Source: Parcubacteria group bacterium
Lineage (GTDB): Bacteria; Patescibacteriota; Minisyncoccia; Phycocordibacterales; UBA2135
Length of the DNA: 64,000 nt
Assembly (NCBI GenBank): GCA_016204045.1
Contig: JACQLQ010000001.1
Location: 193,579-257,578 of the forward strand
Direction of reading: 5' to 3'
The position numbers and the translations under genes were made by a program. Below are positions 8,945-17,432 of this stretch, one piece after another (position 1 is the stretch's first letter; the number at the start of each line of letters is the position of its first letter). The notes beneath the pieces were generated by a model. The model saw only the letters and a program-made list of their open reading frames with translations. It made no database searches and was not told the origin of the DNA.

Positions 8945-9643
8945 ATGGGACACTTTTTAGTTTTATTACCACTCCTTATCATCGCGTCGGCGTTTCTGCA
9001 TCGAGCATACAAGAAGGATCCAGACAACCTTTATGCTCACTACTTTAGGAACTTCGCCGTGGCTTGGACAGGGTGTACGTTGGTTGGGGCTACGGCCGTC
9101 GTCGTTGGTGGAACCGTCTACGCCCAGCTTATGGGAGCAGCGTTCAGCTTGCCGCTCCACTATTTTGCAAGCGCATATCTCGTGCTCTTGGCATTTGCGT
9201 TGTACAAAAAACACGGATTTCTGCCGAAGTTTATTGTCGGAGTCATTATCGCGGCAGGTCTCTTTATCGGCTCAGTCATCTTGTTTAGTCCGAAGGTGCT
9301 GAACCTTTTTGGCGAGCTCGGCCCACTCACCGCTGTCTATAAATGGACGTCCGCACACTTTGCATATGTGCGACTCGGCGTGCTAAGTGGAATACTAATT
9401 CCGTTAGGACTCTTCTTCTTGAGTGAGTCGTTCAGGGCGGTTAGCAAGAGAGTTCGCGTACGCGCGCTCCTTATTGGTCTTGGTACGATTGTTATCGGTA
9501 TTTTCGGTGGAGTTCACGTGTTTCTTGGCCCTGTCCCACTGGAATTCAACGTTCACTGGGCAGACCTTGTCGTCCCGCTTGGCTTCCTCCTCGTTTTTAT
9601 TGGTCTCGTCTACGGCAAGACGCCGTCTGGCATCGACAAATAA
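8945..9643 (+). CDS. polytopic membrane protein (about 7 TM), hypothetical
   Basis: Hydrophobic helices throughout. Lies between the response regulator and histidine kinase genes. Confidence 0.6.
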   Translation: MGHFLVLLPLLIIASAFLHRAYKKDPDNLYAHYFRNFAVAWTGCTLVGATAVVVGGTVYAQLMGAAFSLPLHYFASAYLVLLAFALYKKHGFLPKFIVGVIIAAGLFIGSVILFSPKVLNLFGELGPLTAVYKWTSAHFAYVRLGVLSGILIPLGLFFLSESFRAVSKRVRVRALLIGLGTIVIGIFGGVHVFLGPVPLEFNVHWADLVVPLGFLLVFIGLVYGKTPSGIDK

Positions 9644-9670
9644 CAGAATCAAGTTTTGGTCTATTAGTTC

Positions 9671-10720
9671 ATGGATGCTGAAGAGAACCGCATACCGGAT
9701 GAGGGATTGATAAAGGAAAACCTACTGACGCTTTCTGCTGGGCTCCTTATTGGTGCCTACGCGGGAATAGCGTTCGTAGCGTTTTTTGTGTATGAAGTGC
9801 CCACGCGCGACATCGAGGCACTGAGCGTCTTCTTTAGTGCGGTATCGTCATCAACAAAAGCATTTTTCCAGTTCCTGATACTCTTTACGGCGTTTGCTCT
9901 CCTTGGAGCACTTGCGAGTTACGCTCTGGTTCTTACCCGAACTGTGAACAAACTTCGTCGAGAGGTGGTGGTCGTGCGCACCGTAGACAAATCAAAGGAT
10001 CAGTTCATCTCAATGGTGCTTCACCATATTCGCACCCCACTCGCGGGTATCAAATGGAGTATCAAAGAAGCGTTCAAGGAGGCAGAGAAGCAGAGCCTCG
10101 GCAATGATGGTGTCAAAAGCATCCAAGATGTGCTCCTGGAAAATGAACGTGTGCTTACTGCAGTAGAGCATTTAATCGAAGCATCACAGGCAAGCATGGG
10201 CAGGGTGACCTACAACTTCAAAGTGGTTCCTGTGCAGGATGTGGTTACGCGCGTGAAGGAAATAGTGACCTCCCTAGAGGCGCTCGTCACCGCCAAAGGT
10301 ATTTCGCTCCGATCAGACATCAAGGTGGCGTCTAACTCGTCTGTCAAAGTCGATATGGAAAAAGTAGCGATTGTAGTACAGACGCTTTTTGAAAATGCTG
10401 TGTCGTATAGCGACCCAGGTGGTTCGATCGCGGTAGAAACAGAAGAAGTTGCCTCTCACTTCATCTTTCGCATTACTGACACTGGTATCGGCATTCCGAA
10501 AGAGGATCAGGCAAAGATCTTTCAGCAGTTTTTCCGAACTGAAAGTGCACGACGGAAGGACCCTGGGGGGTTTGGTGTCGGTCTCTTCATTGTAAAAACC
10601 TTTCTTAAAGAACATGGTGGCGATATCTGGTTTACCTCCGAGAGTGGAAAGGGGACAACCTTTAGTTTCAAAATCCCGCTTATTACATCAGAGACAGAAA
10701 AGCATCTTGAAAAGCTATAG
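9671..10720 (+). CDS. sensor histidine kinase
   Basis: H-box VLHHIRTPLAGI. HATPase_c G-boxes ITDTGIGIP and GGFGVGL. Two N-terminal TM helices. Confidence 0.85.
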   Translation: MDAEENRIPDEGLIKENLLTLSAGLLIGAYAGIAFVAFFVYEVPTRDIEALSVFFSAVSSSTKAFFQFLILFTAFALLGALASYALVLTRTVNKLRREVVVVRTVDKSKDQFISMVLHHIRTPLAGIKWSIKEAFKEAEKQSLGNDGVKSIQDVLLENERVLTAVEHLIEASQASMGRVTYNFKVVPVQDVVTRVKEIVTSLEALVTAKGISLRSDIKVASNSSVKVDMEKVAIVVQTLFENAVSYSDPGGSIAVETEEVASHFIFRITDTGIGIPKEDQAKIFQQFFRTESARRKDPGGFGVGLFIVKTFLKEHGGDIWFTSESGKGTTFSFKIPLITSETEKHLEKL

Positions 10721-10821
10721 ATTCGAACAAACAAAAGACCTCCATGGGTTTGACTGTGGAGGTCTTTTGTACTACAACAAAGGGCAGAAGGGGGTGTTTG
10801 CGCACCCCTAAGGAGGCAGAA

Positions 10822-12018
10822 ATGGCGCGCAGTTCTCGTATTGGCATCCTTCGCGAGCGCATGGATGGCGAGCACAGAGTGGCTCTCACACCCGATGGTG
10901 TTCGCGCGTTACGTGCAGATGGTCATATTGTCTATGTTGAGATGGGTGCTGGAGCGGGGTCAGGTTTCTCGGATGATGAATACAGAGCAGTTGGAGCTGC
11001 ACTCGCCCCCACCACTGAACATGTTGTTCGTAACTCAGGCGTTGTCGTCAAAGTAAAGGGTCTTCTTCCCGAAGAATCGCCACTACTCCCACTCCTTCAC
11101 GGCAAAACACTTTGTTGTTTTCCGCACTTTGCTGGTACATCAAGAGAGTGGCTACAACGTTTCTTGGACGAACAAATCACCGTGTTTGGTTACGAGACGG
11201 TCCGCGATGACAACGGGAGGTTCCCCATACTTGCTCCGATGAGCGCGATTGCAGGTGTTGCTGCTGTACAATACGGCGCGCACTATCTTCAGAAATATTG
11301 CGGCGGGCTCGGTGTCCTACTCGGGAATTTTTCACCCACCGGTCACATCATGACGCCGCGGATCCTCACGGATTTTCCAAGGGCACACGTCGTCATCATT
11401 GGAGGTGGTATTGCAGGATATCATGCCGCAGAGACTGCGTGTGGGGCGGGTGCCCTTGTTACCTTGTTTGAGAAAAACCCCGAGACGCGCAAATACCTAG
11501 CGGGGCATTATAGAAACAATCTAAATGTCATTGTTGCAGGAGATCATCCTGATAACAAAGACCTGTTTCCGCAGTCGCTTCAAAATGCAGACATGGTCGT
11601 GAGCGCTGTCGCAAGTCCGGGAGCTCACGCTCCAGTCGTTCTCACAAAAGAACGTGTGCGTTTGATGAAATGCGGAGCAGTTATTGTCGATATCGCTATT
11701 GATCAGGGTGGTTCGGTGGAAGGGATGGTGGGCCCCACGACACACAAGGAGCCCATACGTGTGCTGGAGAACAAAGTCTTATACTGCGCAATCCCCAATA
11801 TCCCAGGACAATTTCCTCGACAATCGACTCCCGCATTCTCACGAGCGCTTCTGCCAATTCTTTCGACACTTGCCGCGGAAGGGTTAACGCTAGGGGTACT
11901 AAGACATCCAGTCCTTGAGTCAGGTATCCAAACGCATACCGGGTTTATCACAAATGTGGCCGTTGCTAACGATCTTGGTATGGTAGACGGTTATCGCAAT
12001 GTAAGAGATGTTATCTAA
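10822..12018 (+). CDS. alanine dehydrogenase / PNT-family NAD(P)-binding dehydrogenase
   Basis: AlaDH/PNT N-domain and the VIIGGGIAGYHAAETA dinucleotide-binding motif. AAGGAGG Shine-Dalgarno before the ATG at 10822. Confidence 0.65.
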   Translation: MARSSRIGILRERMDGEHRVALTPDGVRALRADGHIVYVEMGAGAGSGFSDDEYRAVGAALAPTTEHVVRNSGVVVKVKGLLPEESPLLPLLHGKTLCCFPHFAGTSREWLQRFLDEQITVFGYETVRDDNGRFPILAPMSAIAGVAAVQYGAHYLQKYCGGLGVLLGNFSPTGHIMTPRILTDFPRAHVVIIGGGIAGYHAAETACGAGALVTLFEKNPETRKYLAGHYRNNLNVIVAGDHPDNKDLFPQSLQNADMVVSAVASPGAHAPVVLTKERVRLMKCGAVIVDIAIDQGGSVEGMVGPTTHKEPIRVLENKVLYCAIPNIPGQFPRQSTPAFSRALLPILSTLAAEGLTLGVLRHPVLESGIQTHTGFITNVAVANDLGMVDGYRNVRDVI

Positions 12019-12078
12019 AGGTGTGGCGCCATCGGCAGACCGACGGCGCCTTTTTCATGATTTGCCACCAATATTCGT

Positions 12079-14052
12079 TTGTTGTACAATGCTTTTATGC
12101 AAAGTAAGGAGAAAAATAAAGGCCAAAAGATAGGCAAAAGGATACTAAAGGGGGTCAAGGATGGTAGCAAGAGCCTGTCGCCAAGGCAGGGCTTTTTCGG
12201 TAATCTCCTCACGACCTTTGTCATTCTCCTCATGATTATTTTGGCGACCTCTCTTTTTATAACAGGGGAAAACAAAACAGAAGAAATCGCCATCTCCCAA
12301 GTTGCCAAAGATATTCAGGCGGGGGCTGTGACAAAAGTTGTTGTTGAGGGAGAAGAGATCACGCTCACATACAAAGACGAGACTATCAGAAAATCAAAAA
12401 AGGAACGCGAAACAGCGCTTTCAGAGACACTTGCTAATTACGGAGTCACCACAAAAGAGCTCGCTACTATCGAGGTTGAAATCAAAAAAGAATCGGGCTT
12501 TCTCTTTTGGCTCCTCCAAGTAGCACCTTTCCTGTTGCCACTCATACTTATTGTCATTTTCTTCTGGTACGTCTCGCGTCAGGTGAAGGGGGCTGGCATG
12601 CAGGCATTTACCTTTGGCCAATCAAAGGCGCGGATGATTGATCCAGACGACAAAGCGCAACGCGTGCTCTTCAAAGATGTTGCCGGGGTAAAAGAGGCCA
12701 AACATGAACTCGAAGAAGTCGTAGACTTCTTGAGGAGTCCGAAAAAATTCCTCGACATTGGTGCGCGCATTCCCAAGGGCGTGCTCCTCATGGGTGCTCC
12801 AGGCACAGGCAAGACCATGCTCGCGCGTGCAGTTGCGGGTGAAGCAAAGGTGCCCTTTTTCTCCATCTCCGGTTCAGAATTTGTAGAAATGTTTGTCGGT
12901 GTCGGTGCTTCTCGAGTACGAGATCTCTTTAAGTTGGCAAAGAAAGTTGCTCCCGCAATTGTTTTTATCGATGAGATCGACGCAGTCGGGCGCATCCGCG
13001 GTACGGGAATGGGTGGTGGGCATGACGAGCGCGAGCAGACACTGAACCAGATTCTAGTTGAGATGGACGGCTTTGAACCAAACGAGAAGGTGATCGTGAT
13101 GGCCGCAACCAACCGACCAGATGTGCTTGACCCGGCACTCCTTCGTCCTGGTCGTTTCGATCGTCGCGTAATTCTCGACCTCCCCGATGTACATGATCGT
13201 GAAGCGATCTTGAAAATCCATGCAGAAAAAAAGCCACTTGCAGAAGACGTGAACCTCCACGTGATTGCCGAACGCACCCCGGGCTTCTCTGGAGCAGATC
13301 TCTATTCGCTTATGAACGAAGGAGCTATTCTCGCTGCGCGTCATGACAGAAAGACAGTGACACAGCACGACCTTATTCGATCCATCGAAAAGGTCATGTT
13401 GGGACCGGAACGCCAAAGCCACCTCCTTACAAAGAAAGAAAAAGAAATCACTGCATATCACGAAGCGGGTCATGCGCTCGTCGCTTCAGTACTTCCCTAC
13501 GCAGACCCTGTGCACAAGATTTCTATTGTTTCGCGTGGACATGCTGGTGGGTACACGTTGAAGCTTCCCCTCGAAGAAAGGCGTCTTCAGTCACGTCGCG
13601 AATTTCTTGATGATATTGCCGTCTCGCTCGGTGGATACGTTGCCGAAGAGATGATCTTTGGTGATATAACAACTGGGCCGTCTAACGACCTTCAGGTTGG
13701 GTCCGCACTTGCTCGTGACATGGTTACAAAGTATGGCATGTCAGACGGATTGGGTGCCGTGGCTTATGAAGAATCGGGTGGCCGTTCATACTTAGGTCGT
13801 GCGCGCGGAAGCGCCGATCGAGAATATTCCGAAGATATTTCTGCAAAGATCGATAGAGAAGTCGCCAAAATCGTTGACAACGCCTTACAACAGGTGAAAG
13901 ATCTTTTGGGGGAACACCGGAAAGTATTGGAGTCCATCGCTCAAGAACTTATTCGGGTTGAGACGCTTGAACGTGCTGAATTTGAATCTCTCCTCCGCAA
14001 GCACGGCATAGAACCTAAAAGAAAAGTTGAGGTGGTGGCAGAAACAAAGTAG
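12079..14052 (+). CDS. ftsH: ATP-dependent zinc metalloprotease FtsH
   Basis: Walker [12 protein letters not shown] region, HEAGHALV zinc site, N-terminal TM anchors. Confidence 0.95.
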   Translation: MLYNAFMQSKEKNKGQKIGKRILKGVKDGSKSLSPRQGFFGNLLTTFVILLMIILATSLFITGENKTEEIAISQVAKDIQAGAVTKVVVEGEEITLTYKDETIRKSKKERETALSETLANYGVTTKELATIEVEIKKESGFLFWLLQVAPFLLPLILIVIFFWYVSRQVKGAGMQAFTFGQSKARMIDPDDKAQRVLFKDVAGVKEAKHELEEVVDFLRSPKKFLDIGARIPKGVLLMGAPGTGKTMLARAVAGEAKVPFFSISGSEFVEMFVGVGASRVRDLFKLAKKVAPAIVFIDEIDAVGRIRGTGMGGGHDEREQTLNQILVEMDGFEPNEKVIVMAATNRPDVLDPALLRPGRFDRRVILDLPDVHDREAILKIHAEKKPLAEDVNLHVIAERTPGFSGADLYSLMNEGAILAARHDRKTVTQHDLIRSIEKVMLGPERQSHLLTKKEKEITAYHEAGHALVASVLPYADPVHKISIVSRGHAGGYTLKLPLEERRLQSRREFLDDIAVSLGGYVAEEMIFGDITTGPSNDLQVGSALARDMVTKYGMSDGLGAVAYEESGGRSYLGRARGSADREYSEDISAKIDREVAKIVDNALQQVKDLLGEHRKVLESIAQELIRVETLERAEFESLLRKHGIEPKRKVEVVAETK

Positions 14053-14087
14053 TATAAAGAAGGCTAAAGGCTCTTACGGCTTAAGCC

Positions 14088-14313
14088 CGACCCGTAGCTC
14101 AATTGGTTAGAGCACAGAGCTTCCAATGTCGAGCGAGGATGACAAAAACGAATACATGTGCCCGTAGCTCAATTGGTTAGAGCACAGAGCTTATACCTCT
14201 GCGGTTCCTGGTTCGAGTCCAGGCGGGCACACATTTGTTTTTGTCCCGAGCGAAGGCATTATATCAGTTTGTGATATACTCTGCGGTTCCTGGTTCGAGT
14301 CCAGGCGGGTCGA
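14088..14313 (+). tRNA. tRNA-like gene A, interrupted in the anticodon loop by a 152-nt insert (14126-14277) that contains a complete tRNA. If spliced at the canonical 37/38 position the anticodon would be UCC (Gly)
   Basis: 5' half at 14088-14125 with acceptor cgacccg. 3' half at 14278-14313 with acceptor cgggtcg, the exact reverse complement. D-arm, anticodon stem and T-arm are identical to the nested tRNA. Confidence 0.4.
14158..14231 (+). tRNA. tRNA with anticodon UAU (Ile, AUA-reading), nested inside the locus above
   Basis: Acceptor gtgcccg/cgggcac. D-arm gctc-aattggtta-gagc. Anticodon stem cagag/ctctg with loop cTTATac. T-arm cctgg-ttcgagt-ccagg. Discriminator A. Confidence 0.8.
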
Positions 14314-14322
14314 TTCATAATC

Positions 14323-15240
14323 ATGCGTTCTGTATTTGAGAAAAACGGTATAACGTGGGTAAAGATCACTGAACCCGGGAAGGGCGACTTTAAGTTTATA
14401 AAAAATCTCTTTCCTTTTCACCCCCTTGTTATCGAATCCATTGAAACGCCAACACTTCATCCGGCGCTAGAAAAATACAAGGATCACTTATTCCTTATCC
14501 TCCACTTCCCGATCATCTACAGAGACCAATCGAAAAATAAGGCGGTTGAAGTAGACTTTCTCATCACTAAGAACGCGCTTGTAACGTTGACGTACGAGTC
14601 GCACCCCCAACTCGACGAACTGTTTAAGAAATTTCAGAAAGATGAGGAGTGGCAAAATGAGCTCCTCGGGGATAACACGGGGAAGCTTGTCCACGGCATT
14701 ATTGAGTGGCTCATGAAGTCACTCTTGAGTGACCTCGATTTCCTTGAAGAGACGGTGACGGACATCGAAGACCGTATCTTTGACGAGAAGCATGCCTCAA
14801 TCATTGAAGAAATCTCAAACGCAAGGCGCGACATACTTGATTTTCGTCGGGTGACTGCCCCACACCAAACGATTCTAAAGCAACTTTTACCGCAGGTGGC
14901 GAAAGAGTTTTATGGTGCCGAGATGGAACCATACTTCGTCGACCTTGCGAGAAATGAAAGTAAAATTAGGCACTTGATTGAAAACCATAAGGAAACTATT
15001 GAGGCTTTGCACGCCACAAACGAGTCGCTCACCTCTAACCGAGTCTCTAAGATTGTGACCCTTCTTACTATATTTTCAACCATCATTTTGCCACTTAACT
15101 TCATGGCCTCACTTTGGGGAATGAATCATGAGTTCTTGCCGCTTCGGGACGGGCCTTATGATTTTTGGGTCCTTCTAGGATTGATGCTCCTCATCGGGTC
15201 AACGCTCATTTTCTATTTCCGCTACAAGAAATGGTTGTAA
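14323..15240 (+). CDS. corA: CorA-family Mg2+/Co2+ transporter
   Basis: GMN signature (LWGMNHEF) and two C-terminal TM helices ending YFRYKKWL. Confidence 0.85.
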   Translation: MRSVFEKNGITWVKITEPGKGDFKFIKNLFPFHPLVIESIETPTLHPALEKYKDHLFLILHFPIIYRDQSKNKAVEVDFLITKNALVTLTYESHPQLDELFKKFQKDEEWQNELLGDNTGKLVHGIIEWLMKSLLSDLDFLEETVTDIEDRIFDEKHASIIEEISNARRDILDFRRVTAPHQTILKQLLPQVAKEFYGAEMEPYFVDLARNESKIRHLIENHKETIEALHATNESLTSNRVSKIVTLLTIFSTIILPLNFMASLWGMNHEFLPLRDGPYDFWVLLGLMLLIGSTLIFYFRYKKWL

Positions 15241-15259
15241 GTGACGGAGGAAACTCCTC

Positions 15260-16513
15260 ATGAATAAGAAAAACATTTTCTATTGGTCCCTCTACGATTT
15301 CGCGAACTCTGTTGTCGAGATTGTTTTCTTTCTCTATTTTGCCCAGTGGCTTGTCGTTGAAAATGGAGTTGCCGATATCTGGTACAATTTGATCTTTGCC
15401 ATCGGTTCACTCATGCTTCTGGCGACTGCGCCTATTTTGGGGAGTATTGCTGACAAAACCGGCCGGCAACAGAGATATTTGAACTCCATCACCTTTCTCA
15501 CTTTCTTCTGCTTTCTCGGTGCTTCACTCACAACGCTCTTCTTTTCAGGCGAAGTGGTTCTTGCGGCCCTTTTCTTCCTTTTAGCGAATTACTTTTACCA
15601 GTTTTCATTTGTTTTTTACAACGCCCTCCTCCACTACATTGCCCCTCGGGAGAAATGGGGCCTTATCTCTGGCATCGGCCAAGCGGGCAATTGGTTGGGA
15701 CAGATTGTCGGGCTTTTAGTTGCTCTTCCCTTTGCCGAGGGGGCGGTCTATTTGATCGGCGAAGTTGGGCGCGCGCAAGCGTTCCTTGTGCCGACCGTTC
15801 TATTCTTTGTCCTCGCTCTTCCAATGGTTTTCTTTTTTAGGTTGCCGAAACAAAAAGAAATCGTGGCAGATGTTAGTTTGAAAGACGAATATCGAAGTCA
15901 ATGGAAAAAGTTTAAGACACTCATTAAAGCACCGGGCATGGGACTGTTTCTCCTCGCGTACTTCTTTTTCAATGACGCCATCATAACTGCTTCAAATAAC
16001 TTCCCCATCTTTCTCGAGAATGTGTTTTCTATACCAGACGACACCAAGTCGTTACTTTTGGTGGGTATCCTTGGGACTTCGGTCGTTGGCGCACTCGGCT
16101 CTGGCTTCGTTGCAGATAAGATCGGGTTGAAGAGGGCAGTGCTCCTCGTTATTGGGAGCTGGGTCGTGCTCTTTCCACTCCTCGGCGTTATCACTGACTT
16201 CACCCTCTTTGTCGTCGCCGCTATTTTCATGGGATTTCTTTTTGGGGCGATTTGGACGGTGACGAGAGCGGCAATGATCGCACTTTGTCCAAAGGACCAG
16301 CTTAACTTTGGATTTAGTTTCTACACTCTCGCGGAAAGGGTCTCGACTCTTTTGGGGCCCGTGGCGTGGGGGCTTATCACAACCCTCCTTGTACCCTTGG
16401 GGCCAGTTCGTTATAGGATCGCACTCATTGCCATGGGGGTCTTTGTCGCCATTGGGTTTTATTTCATGAGAAAAGTGCATGTTCCGGAGTTGGAACGGAT
16501 CCATCAAGCATAA
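15260..16513 (+). CDS. MFS transporter (UMF1/Atg22-like family)
   Basis: N-terminal YDFANS motif and about 12 TM helices. Confidence 0.75.
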   Translation: MNKKNIFYWSLYDFANSVVEIVFFLYFAQWLVVENGVADIWYNLIFAIGSLMLLATAPILGSIADKTGRQQRYLNSITFLTFFCFLGASLTTLFFSGEVVLAALFFLLANYFYQFSFVFYNALLHYIAPREKWGLISGIGQAGNWLGQIVGLLVALPFAEGAVYLIGEVGRAQAFLVPTVLFFVLALPMVFFFRLPKQKEIVADVSLKDEYRSQWKKFKTLIKAPGMGLFLLAYFFFNDAIITASNNFPIFLENVFSIPDDTKSLLLVGILGTSVVGALGSGFVADKIGLKRAVLLVIGSWVVLFPLLGVITDFTLFVVAAIFMGFLFGAIWTVTRAAMIALCPKDQLNFGFSFYTLAERVSTLLGPVAWGLITTLLVPLGPVRYRIALIAMGVFVAIGFYFMRKVHVPELERIHQA

Positions 16514-16532
16514 ACTTGCCTTTTGATTCTTG

Positions 16533-16577
16533 GTGTGACACTTCTCCTCTATTTCCGGCACAAAAAGTGGTTGTAAG
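16533..16577 (+). pseudogene. remnant of a CorA paralogue C-terminus (reads GVTLLLYFRHKKWL*)
   Basis: 29-nt stretch ctatttccggcacaaaaagtggttgtaag matches the corA 3' end at 15213-15241 (4 mismatches), in frame with a stop. Confidence 0.5.
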
Positions 16578-16631
16578 TTGTTTTAAGGTAATCATGCTCA
16601 TCGAAAGTTTTCCACTTGATGGGCGTTTTTG

Positions 16632-16640
16632 TGATATAAT
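16632..16640 (+). promoter_or_regulatory. extended -10 promoter (TGaTATAAT) upstream of the DoxX gene
   Basis: Sequence tgTGaTATAATg, about 50 nt before the start codon. Confidence 0.35.
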
Positions 16641-16689
16641 GAAAAGGAAAATTAGTCACATTTAATAATTAGTCGCAAGAGGAATATCT

Positions 16690-17124
16690 ATGCAAAAAAT
16701 GATTCATTGTGCGTGTACAGAGCGTTGTGCTGATGTCGCACCGCTTGTTCTTCGCATTGCTACAGGTCTCGTCTTTTTTATACACGGGTACACGAAACTC
16801 ACGACGCAGGGTGTCCCAGGAGTCTCAGAGTTTCTGGGCTCTCTCGGGTTTCCAGCCCCAGATCTGTTTGCAATAGTTCTACTTACTGTTGAGATCGTCG
16901 GAGGTATTGCGTTGATTGCCGGTCTCTTCACGCACTGGGCGGCAAAGCTTACTGGTATTGTGGCCATTGTTGCCCTTGTGTTAGTTCACGTCAGCAACGG
17001 CTTTTTTGTGCAGAATGGTGGCTATGAGTTTGTTCTTCTCCTCATTGCCGCACTAGTCTCAATCATGGTAACTGGTCCAGGAAAGTACTCGCTCGATCAC
17101 CACTGGCTCAAGAAGCACATGTAA
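16690..17124 (+). CDS. DoxX-family membrane protein
   Basis: LVLRIATGLVFFIHGYTKL and four TM helices, typical of DoxX. Confidence 0.75.
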   Translation: MQKMIHCACTERCADVAPLVLRIATGLVFFIHGYTKLTTQGVPGVSEFLGSLGFPAPDLFAIVLLTVEIVGGIALIAGLFTHWAAKLTGIVAIVALVLVHVSNGFFVQNGGYEFVLLLIAALVSIMVTGPGKYSLDHHWLKKHM

Positions 17125-17186
17125 TTTGTGCGGAGATTAGTAGCTGTGTGTAATAAAGAGGCATTCCTCTCCTAAACTTACAGAAT

Positions 17187-17429
17187 ATGAACACTGAGAC
17201 AAAAATTAATCCTTCTATGATTGGGGTGGGAATTCTCGTCCTCGCTCTTATCGTTGCCGGCCTTTGGTATTTGACCAAGAATAAAGAGGGGTCGGGGGGC
17301 GTTGTGCAAAGCGTCGAAGAAGTAAGCGATGCAGTACCAGAAATCTCGACTAACCCGGCCGAAGATGTGCCGGAGGTGAACCCTGTCGATCGGGCAAACC
17401 CCTTTAAATACGATAATCCACTCCGATAA
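17187..17429 (+). CDS. small membrane-anchored acidic protein (80 aa)
   Basis: One TM helix (IGVGILVLALIVAGLWYL). Stop codon abuts the start of the next gene. Confidence 0.5.
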   Translation: MNTETKINPSMIGVGILVLALIVAGLWYLTKNKEGSGGVVQSVEEVSDAVPEISTNPAEDVPEVNPVDRANPFKYDNPLR

Positions 17430-17432
17430 CCT

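Noticed and set aside
10744-10821. Upstream extension of the AlaDH-family ORF
   Set aside because: AAGGAGG precedes the ATG at 10822 and the extension has no family similarity.
12579-13277. 232-aa minus-strand ORF
   Set aside because: Antisense to ftsH.
14126-14277. The insert in the split tRNA as a group I intron
   Set aside because: 152 nt is too short for the group I core (P3-P9). I could not identify P7-like elements, and most of it is a tRNA.
14191-14460. 89-aa minus-strand ORF
   Set aside because: Runs across the tRNA locus and the corA start. It is an artefact.
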